Assembly: GCA_023515725.1 (NCBI GenBank)
Contig: JALDTO010000008.1
Coordinates: forward strand, 1-7,000
Reading direction: 5' to 3'
Length of the DNA stretch: 7,000 nt
From: Amoeboaphelidium protococcarum X5
Taxonomy: Eukaryota; Fungi; Aphelidiomycota
Made by a program: the position numbers and the translations under genes. The notes below the pieces were generated by a model. The model searched no databases and was not told the origin of the DNA. It saw only the letters and a program-made list of their open reading frames with translations. Positions 1-6,149 of the stretch are shown here, in pieces (position 1 is the first letter of the stretch; each line of letters begins with the position of its first letter).

Positions 1-41
1 GATAATACTGACTTTATTCTCAATTGAGATGAAAATATTTT

Positions 42-2217
42 TCACACTTCAACCTAAGCCACTCGGATCAGTGACCTCTGAACCGACAACCGAAGCTCTG
101 GCACACCAACCTTCACATAATGATCAAGGGGGTACATATCTACCTACTTACCTACATTGTAACTATATAGTTAAAATTGAAAAAATAGGTAGGTACCTAC
201 ATTGTAAGTAGGTATATTATTAGAATAGACCGACGTTTGATTTTTGCATTACTACCATCAGACTAACGATATATTGAAAGCGCCATTGCATGTCTTTCAG
301 GTTTTCAAACAATGCTCCGGTTACTTTACCCTCTTTTAGCTTGAATGAACAGACGCGTCCTAGCTCTTGGACACTGATGTTAGACATTTATCTAGGAATA
401 CTGCCATCAGTGTAGTACTTTGATGACAAATTGGCTATAAACTGAAGTGAAGCCCATTTCAGCAAATCTCCCGCAGTTCTAGACTCTAATAAACTAACGC
501 ATTACAAGATAATCTCCAGTAAACTCTTACGAATACGACCTCTCGGTAGATTAATCTAGAACTTGCACATTAATCCAAGAGATTTTAGAGAAAGCGCACG
601 AATGATATCAATGGCTGGTAGTTGAACATTGCACTGGTTTATGGCCCTTGACACGCTCTACTGCAAACCTTTAATCTATGATAGGTCATCAAAGTTTAAG
701 CAATCAGAGTGGAAGAGCGTAATTAATCTCTGCCATAACTCTTCACTTCGCACAGCCAATGTCCATTACTCGTTGTCCAGCATGAACGTTGAGTCACAGC
801 TCAATAGAAGCAGAGCCTTATACACGCGTGTAGCCGATTTTGAATTCAACATTTTCAATACAGTTTGGACGCTCATTTGAGCCATTGGAGCACCGATGCC
901 AATAAACATGAGGAATTTGATCAGCTCCTCGTGTTCATGGTGCTACATGTACTAAGCAAGCAATTTTATTGCATCAGATAGCCCGGGATATCGAATGATG
1001 TAAGCCTTACATTCAGAGTCCATGTACCCAATTCTCATCAATAGGAATATCACAGTCCTGATAGTTGATCCCATATCACCAATATTTATAGCGGAACCTT
1101 TGAATATACCTGGACCGCTGAATATTGTACCAAACTATTGATCGCTTTCAGATGGTACGGCATCACATATGGTTGTTATAATAGAACATAAAGTGCCAAT
1201 CAACTGATAATCAAGAGTGCAGTATCTCATGTCACTCCTCAGCCTATTTACGATATTTTGAGAATCCGGAGACCGTCCAACATTTCGATCGATACATAGA
1301 GATGTCAACAGCTCCAGACTCTACCTCCAGGCTGCCAATTTCCATTTCAACCGTGAGAGTAGAGTATGGTTTCCCTCTTTGGCAGAGTTTGCATCAACAA
1401 TGTACTGGCTCACAGCTCTGACAAGTTGAGGTTCTTACAACATTGACCTGACGACTCCTGAATTGAGAACTAACACGTCCAAAGCCACCATACATCCATA
1501 CTTTTCCATATCACTGCCACAACGCACACCATCACTGAATGCCTTAACCAACCAAGGATATTAGGATATCAACGCACTAATCAAAGAAGATTCCATAGCC
1601 AGCATTTTACCGAATACTTCAGCAGCTGTACCGAAAATCACTGACTCATACGCATCATAAAGAACCAAAGGACCATGTACGCTGTGATGTATCTAGATTA
1701 TTATTCTATTAGACTTTGATGTATTATTAGGTGACTAACCAGCCGAAGTTTAATGCTAAGTTCTGAGCAAGTCAATAAGACACGTTAGACCGCCAAGTTT
1801 TAAGAACCCAGCTAGAAATTACTGATTTCGACGCCAAAAGTTGTAGGACAGATATTCTAGAGATGATAGCACCTGCGCCGGCGTATCCTTGCTTTATACA
1901 TGATCGACTAAAATTTGTATAGATTTGTCCATAACTTTTTCAATGCAACTTTATTACACGGCGTCCAAAATTTTTATTAGGTAAGGACGTTGATAAAAGT
2001 ACTAAGATTAAGAACAAGATATGACTGACTGATTAAATGGATGGATGGGAACGATACTAAAAATATATATTCAAAGCAAGTTGTTATCACGTTGCCATGG
2101 CACGATTTGTCCTATCAACTAATCAAATCACACCAAAACAGTAACTTAGACTAATAATCATTGACGACGTACGAGTTGCTAACGATCACTCTTCAGCGAC
2201 TGTGACAATAGGCGCAT
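42..2217 (-). CDS. Multi-exon gene read with table 6 (TAA/TAG=Gln); leucine-rich alpha-helical, ARM/HEAT-repeat-like protein of roughly 600-650 aa; both ends uncertain
   Basis: Seen: the minus frame has no TGA from 2070 to 127 (648 codons) but about 26 in-frame TAA/TAG. The core exon 2001->268 reads YFYQRPYLIKILDAVQQSCIEKVMDKSIQILVDHVQSKDTPAQVLSSLEYLSYNFWRRNQQFLAGFLKLGGLTCLIDLLRTQ...LLEIILQCVSLLESRTAGDLLKWASLQFIANLSS. Frame-preserving GT-AG introns can be placed at 2172-2112 (GTACGT...TAG, 61 nt) and 2057-2002 (GTATCG...TAG, 56 nt). A possible last intron at 267-144 (GTTAGT...TAG) gives a final exon VDMYPLDHYVKVGVPELRLSVQRSLIRVAQVEV-TGA(44-42), with AATAAA at 18-13. The first in-frame ATG is at 2217, but coding-like sequence continues to about 2296. 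The ARM-like call is inference from the GGLxxLIDLL motif and helical composition. Confidence 0.75.
183..227 (+). repeat. Left copy of a 45-bp inverted repeat (partner at 6637-6681)
   Basis: AAATAGGTAGGTACCTACATTGTAAGTAGGTATATTATTAGAATA matches the reverse complement of 6637-6681 at 44/45 positions (39 bp perfect). It contains the 12-bp palindrome GTAGGTACCTAC (189-200). A partial extra copy lies at about 141-162. Confidence 0.9.
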
Positions 2218-2296
2218 CGATTCAATCACGCGCTGAATCTGCTCTTATGGATATATTTGCTATTGACTCTGACCTTCTTTCCACACCAGAAGTAAT

Positions 2297-2481
2297 ATCT
2301 TTTATTTGGGACCAAAATAAATTAAAATAAAACTTTTTCTGAAACTATTTTGGTTCCAGAAATATAATCAACTTTTTTTCTGCTCCATAAAATGCCGTCG
2401 AAGAAATTATGCGATTATTTTTCTGGATGAAACTAAATTGTGCCTTAAAGTTTGGCTTATTTTGGTCCCAAATGAAAAGAT
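2297..2481. mobile_element. MITE-like foldback element (185 bp) with about 24-bp TIRs and a 4-bp TAAT direct duplication
   Basis: ATCTTTTATTTGGGACCAAAATAA (2297-2320) vs TTATTTTGGTCCCAAATGAAAAGAT (2457-2481): 17-bp perfect core plus 7 bp after a 1-nt indel. An inner inverted pair CCAGAAATATAATC (2356-2369) / GATTATTTTTCTGG (2413-2426) matches 13/14. TAAT flanks both sides (2293-2296 and 2482-2485). AT-rich, no coding capacity. Confidence 0.7.
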
Positions 2482-2528
2482 TAATTGATTTAGAGAACGT
2501 GCTTTGAAATGTGTCTTAAAATATCTTC

Positions 2529-2817
2529 AAAGTGCAAAGCTCAAACATCCATGTATCAAGCGTTAGAGGTGCAAAGGTGCAAGGCGTCGATGTTGAAACC
2601 ATATAGGTTAAACATTGCTCTGAGTTCTATATGTCAAGTACTAAAGGTGCAAAAGTGAGATGAAACTTTTTCTTTGAAACTTCAACTTTTCAAGCATCTA
2701 TACATATGCCAAGATATTATCTTGAAATATTAATTAATTAACTCAAAGGTGAAAGGTACAAAGGTCAATCAAGGATCATGTGGCAAAGTCCAATAGGCCA
2801 AAGCGTCGCTGAAAGAC
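2529..2817. repeat. Degenerate short-repeat tract (AAAGGTGCAAAG-like motif)
   Basis: Variant copies at about 2529-2539, 2566-2584, 2643-2655 and 2745-2764. Also AAGGCGTCGATGTTGAAA (2581) vs AAAGCGTCGCTGAAA (2800), and CAAACATCCAT (2542) vs CAAGCATCTAT (2691). Confidence 0.5.
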
Positions 2818-2841
2818 TTAAGAGCAGATATCTATTCAAAT

Positions 2842-3690
2842 TCAACAAAACGATACCCGTTTTTCGTAGTCAGAAATAAGGGTCGCCTCGAGTTTCTGTT
2901 CATGAACAAAAATCTCGAGTTCATCGATTGCAGTAAATGGCTTTGTGTCTCTATGAACAAGGACTGCACCCGCCAACTTGCGCTTATCTTTGCCCGACAA
3001 CACCATCTGAATGTACGAAATGGGATCTGTGTTGATTTTTACGAATGGAGACGATGCTGGATGAGTCCAGAGTGTGCCGTGATATCGCTGATTCTGACCA
3101 TAAGCAACCACAATGCTATTCTTAGCCAAATCAATCGCGGTAACGTTGGCGTAAATGACACAGCTAAACAAGCATGTGACTAATGTGCTATTAGCTGCCA
3201 AAATACGGGGCATAATTGACGCCTTTTGCAATAAATTTGAGACGCCAATTTGCCCCAGATTGTTCCCTCCAACTCGCTTGCGTTGGTCTGTAAAAAAAAC
3301 ATATCCATCTGAGGAGTTCTTCTGCAATGCAAAAAACACATCAATCCCTTCGCCTCCTTCCCCATTAATTACCACCAAACCTTCTTTCAACCAGTCATGC
3401 CGTTCATTGTAATTTCCCTTGCGTACAATAATTGGTGACGACATGTCGGTCGAAAACTTGAGTTCAGTTTCCATTACCAGCATTGGCCTTAATTCGACTT
3501 CGTCTTCACATCCGTTGACTATCGCGCCTTTAAACAGTTGCTTGACCTTGATTACTGAGTGGCCAACAATAATCAATGAATTGATCCGCAACGCGTGAAA
3601 ATACGCTCCAAACACCTCCCATAACTACCACGGCGCCTTGTCGTATATCAACTCATCAACTTTCTCCACCAATCCTCGAATACAACGGAC
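2842..3690 (-). CDS. CRN-type effector, C-terminal part: PD-(D/E)xK restriction-endonuclease fold plus helix-hairpin-helix DNA-binding module
   Basis: Motif-I Glu helix (LWEVFGA), motif II GEGIDVFF (about 3340) and motif III FTDQRK (about 3277-3294, QxK variant). The C-terminal VKINTDPISYIQMVLSG...AGAVLVHRDTKPFTAIDEL resembles ComEA-type HhH (INxA...I...R....F.s.edL). Confidence 0.8.
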
Positions 3691-5198
3691 AGACAACAAA
3701 CGGCGTTATCTTGAAACAAGTGAAGCGGATATTCTGAGATACGATGCAAAATTGCATACGGAATAAGAACTTCGTAATCGTCATTCAGTAAACACAGAGA
3801 GCTGTCCCTGACTCGAGACCAGCTCATGTAGTTAATAACCCGAGCTGATTCGTTAACTTTAATCCCTGCTATAGCATAGGCTGCAAGCATCACAAAGTCG
3901 ACTTCCTTCAGTGATCCTCCCCAAGTCTCCACGTAAGAATTCTTGATTGGCTTAAAGGCACTCTCGATACTTTCGATAGTCAGGAAATCATCCGACGGAA
4001 TGCTCTCAATCTCCTTCAGCAGTCGCAAAATGTATTCCGTAACCCACCTCGGAACTCCACCAAGGTAAAATAAATGTCTGCGAACAGGCGTGTGCAATAA
4101 AAGCCTTTCTCCATTCGTAATTGAACTAATGGCAGTTTCCGCGTCGGACTGTGAAAGTAGGTACATCGGCATACGTAGACTTTCGGTCTTGGAGGAGTTG
4201 ACAATGGAAATGACAGAAAAGTCGGTTCCTGCAAACATTGGATAAATGCGTACACCAGCAACAGGAGAAGCCATAATGTCACCGAGTACGCTTAGCAGAT
4301 CTTGAAGCAATTCCTCGTTTCCCTTCTTCTTCCCGCCAACTTCATGAATCGTCTGATATTCGTCAACTCCAAGAAACAAATGAAGAGTCTCGTCTGACTT
4401 GATCATTCCCAGGTTGATATACTTCTGCCGAATAACTTCAAGAGCCAATCGAAGAGTCAATCCCCCGCCATTCACCGGCAATGACTCGGTAAACCAGTTA
4501 GCAAACACATCGCCATTGCCCTCAATAAAACATCGATGCAGCAACCGCCAAGCGAAAGATGCCTCAATACTCATTTTGCGCTCTACAGGGTGTGGCATGT
4601 GGCCGTTGTGATAAAGCACCAAAACGCCAAGCCGAGCCTTGGGAATATAAGCCAAATCAAATATACGTTCCCACTCTTCCAGCATTCTTGTCTTTCCAAG
4701 ACCAGATAACCCAGAACAGACTGGAATTTTCCGATGAATTCGTGTAGTTTGAGTAATTGGCTTCGCAATTACCTTCATACATTCAGCGGCTTGTTGAAGC
4801 GCTGCATCACGCCCAGATAACGGAAACATCATATGGTCTTCTGTGAGGACGCGAGGTACGCAGTGGAATTTGGTCGAATCGCTCATTTGTCGCTCAAGGA
4901 ATCCCAGCAAACTCGAAGCATCTAAACTGATAGGATCTCCTTTAAGCTCTGGTGAAGGTAGTTGTTGATCAACATCCATCGCGTCGACATAGGTTGGAAT
5001 AGAAGCCGGCGGGTTTAGGTGGTTGTAGATGTCGATGCCATTCAACTGATAGTATTTCTCCCAATCCTCTTTTGTGCGAGCCACCCATTTGGCAATAGCA
5101 AATTCGTAATCATCAACGAGCTCATCAATTAGTGTTTGTGGAATAGGCTTTAGCTTCTTCAAGAAAACCAGTAGTAGGTCTTGATGAGTCGTCGTCAT
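3648..5198 (-). CDS. CRN-type effector, N-terminal part: small helical (SAM-like) header, linker and STAND/AAA+-like P-loop NTPase
   Basis: Walker A IPVCSGLSGLGKTRML (about 4689-4712), Walker B LFLGVDEYQ, downstream strand motif MFAGT and GGVPRW (GxP-R motif). The N-terminal ~62 aa end in TKEDWEKYYQLNGIDIYNHLNP, followed by a Pro/Asp-rich linker. The last ~14 codons of the listed ORF are out-of-frame read-through. Confidence 0.85.
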   Translation of the reverse strand: MTTTHQDLLLVFLKKLKPIPQTLIDELVDDYEFAIAKWVARTKEDWEKYYQLNGIDIYNHLNPPASIPTYVDAMDVDQQLPSPELKGDPISLDASSLLGFLERQMSDSTKFHCVPRVLTEDHMMFPLSGRDAALQQAAECMKVIAKPITQTTRIHRKIPVCSGLSGLGKTRMLEEWERIFDLAYIPKARLGVLVLYHNGHMPHPVERKMSIEASFAWRLLHRCFIEGNGDVFANWFTESLPVNGGGLTLRLALEVIRQKYINLGMIKSDETLHLFLGVDEYQTIHEVGGKKKGNEELLQDLLSVLGDIMASPVAGVRIYPMFAGTDFSVISIVNSSKTESLRMPMYLLSQSDAETAISSITNGERLLLHTPVRRHLFYLGGVPRWVTEYILRLLKEIESIPSDDFLTIESIESAFKPIKNSYVETWGGSLKEVDFVMLAAYAIAGIKVNESARVINYMSWSRVRDSSLCLLNDDYEVLIPYAILHRISEYPLHLFQDNAVCCLSVVFEDWWRKLMS

Positions 5199-5542
5199 TT
5201 GTGTTTGCTGAATTTTCTCAAGAAAGAAAGATTGGCTAACCGATGTGATTGGGTCACGCCAGCCCAGCCAATTAGATTCTTGTACGAATAGTGATTATTC
5301 TGTATCCTCGACCTTTTCCTAACTCTTCTATCAGGCTCTATACCTTCCCGCTCACGAATATGTTTATCAGCACGATAAATATCTAGCTGCTTTTGTCTTA
5401 AAGAGTTGTCTATATCCTGACTTGACGACGAGACTTTTAGTACTTCAAACACATTGAATTTTTGATGATATAATTGGCCTGGAGAAACGGTGTTTTTCAT
5501 TCTCAAATCAGTAATTTAAACAGCTTTCATAGAGGAAGAACA
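5199..5542. promoter_or_regulatory. Candidate bidirectional promoter between the divergent CRN and ART genes
   Basis: 344-bp head-to-head intergenic region with CCAAT/ATTGG pentamers at 5231-5235, 5248-5252, 5268-5272 and 5473-5477. Function is inferred from gene orientation only. Confidence 0.3.
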
Positions 5543-6145
5543 ATGACCTACACCATTCTTTACCGAGCATTATCGCAGAACAATGTGCAAGGAGTAGAAG
5601 GTGCTCTAAATTCGGGAGAGAAACTGAAAATTAAACCATCTAATTCAAAGAGCACTAAAACAGTCGATGGGCATATCAATAGTAGATTTAAGAATCCCGA
5701 TTCACCGTTCATTTCATTTAGCACAAGCCCCAAGTGGATAGCCTTTTACGCATTAAAGCAGAAGAGATATGACACAGGCAGGCTCGCGCGACCTATTCTA
5801 ATTATTCTGGTTCATTCTGACAGATTTAAGTATCCTCCTCCAGAGAATAAATTTGCGGCGTCGGCAAGTGAAATACTTATAAAAGGCCCGGTTTTGTTGG
5901 ATGGATCAAAGTTCAAAATTATTGATGTCTACCGTAATTACGATGGTGGCACTGGAGATAAGTTTGCTGACTTTTCGACCGAAACGCACAGGCCATTCAT
6001 TGAAGGAATAATTCGATCGACCAGAAAACTACTGAGATCAAATATGTCATATTTACAGGATGATGCAATAAGGTTCATTCGCTTTCTATTCATAGATGAC
6101 AGTGACACTACTCTAGAAACAGGAATGTCGAGTTTAAATATTTGA
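5543..6145 (+). CDS. Putative ADP-ribosyltransferase toxin-fold protein of the R-S-E (ARTC, cholera/pertussis/pierisin-like) clade, 200 aa
   Basis: ATG 5543 (A at -3), intronless, ends in TGA. Motifs occur in canonical order: ILYR (Arg8), a His in GHIN (His44), SPFISFSTS (Ser58-Ser62) followed by a helix, and FAASASEILIKG (Glu110). Under table 6 an upstream in-frame ATG at 5465 is also possible. Confidence 0.7.
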   Translation: MTYTILYRALSQNNVQGVEGALNSGEKLKIKPSNSKSTKTVDGHINSRFKNPDSPFISFSTSPKWIAFYALKQKRYDTGRLARPILIILVHSDRFKYPPPENKFAASASEILIKGPVLLDGSKFKIIDVYRNYDGGTGDKFADFSTETHRPFIEGIIRSTRKLLRSNMSYLQDDAIRFIRFLFIDDSDTTLETGMSSLNI

Positions 6146-6149
6146 GTAA

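Larger units (their letters stand above)
2842..5198 (-). pseudogene. Crinkler (CRN / CR-effector)-type gene, header + P-loop NTPase + REase-fold nuclease + HhH, about 785 aa reconstructed; one 1-nt frameshift near 3691-3700 (pseudogene, assembly error or splice-rescued)
   Basis: The 516-aa and 257-aa ORFs join into one protein. Shifting frame after ...DNAVCC gives VRCIRGLVEKVDELIYDKAPW(TAG=Q)LWEVFGAYFHALRINS, which runs into the second ORF and ends at TGA 2844-2842. The NTPase+REase architecture is typical of CRN/CR effectors of oomycetes and early-diverging fungi (recognised from memory, not searched). Confidence 0.75.

Noticed and set aside
29-880. Plus-strand ORFs 29-211 and 629-880
   Set aside because: Short, motif-free and antisense to the long table-6 gene; the first is partly made of the TACC repeat.
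1693-1739. Apparent intron GTTAGT...CTAAT...CTAG on the minus strand
   Set aside because: Under table 6 the frame reads straight through (GQSPNNTSKSNRIIIQ), and splicing out 47 nt would break it.
127-2070. Reading the left region as a stop-riddled pseudogene or intergenic DNA
   Set aside because: All interruptions are TAA/TAG, with no TGA and no frameshift over 648 codons; codon reassignment explains this better.
2529-2817. CRISPR-like array
   Set aside because: Repeats are short, degenerate and irregularly spaced, there are no cas genes, and the context is eukaryotic.
3625-3627. TAG as a nonsense mutation in the CRN gene
   Set aside because: It reads as Gln under the inferred code and fits the PWQLWE context.
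2902-4768. Small ORFs 2902-3183, 3155-3412, 3180-3365, 4016-4282, 4399-4611, 4559-4747 and 4583-4768
   Set aside because: Shadow or alternate-frame ORFs overlapping the CRN coding sequence, with no independent evidence.
5474-5542. TTG start giving a 223-aa ART protein
   Set aside because: In a eukaryotic context ATG 5543 has a better initiation context and places the catalytic Arg strand near the N-terminus, as usual for this fold.
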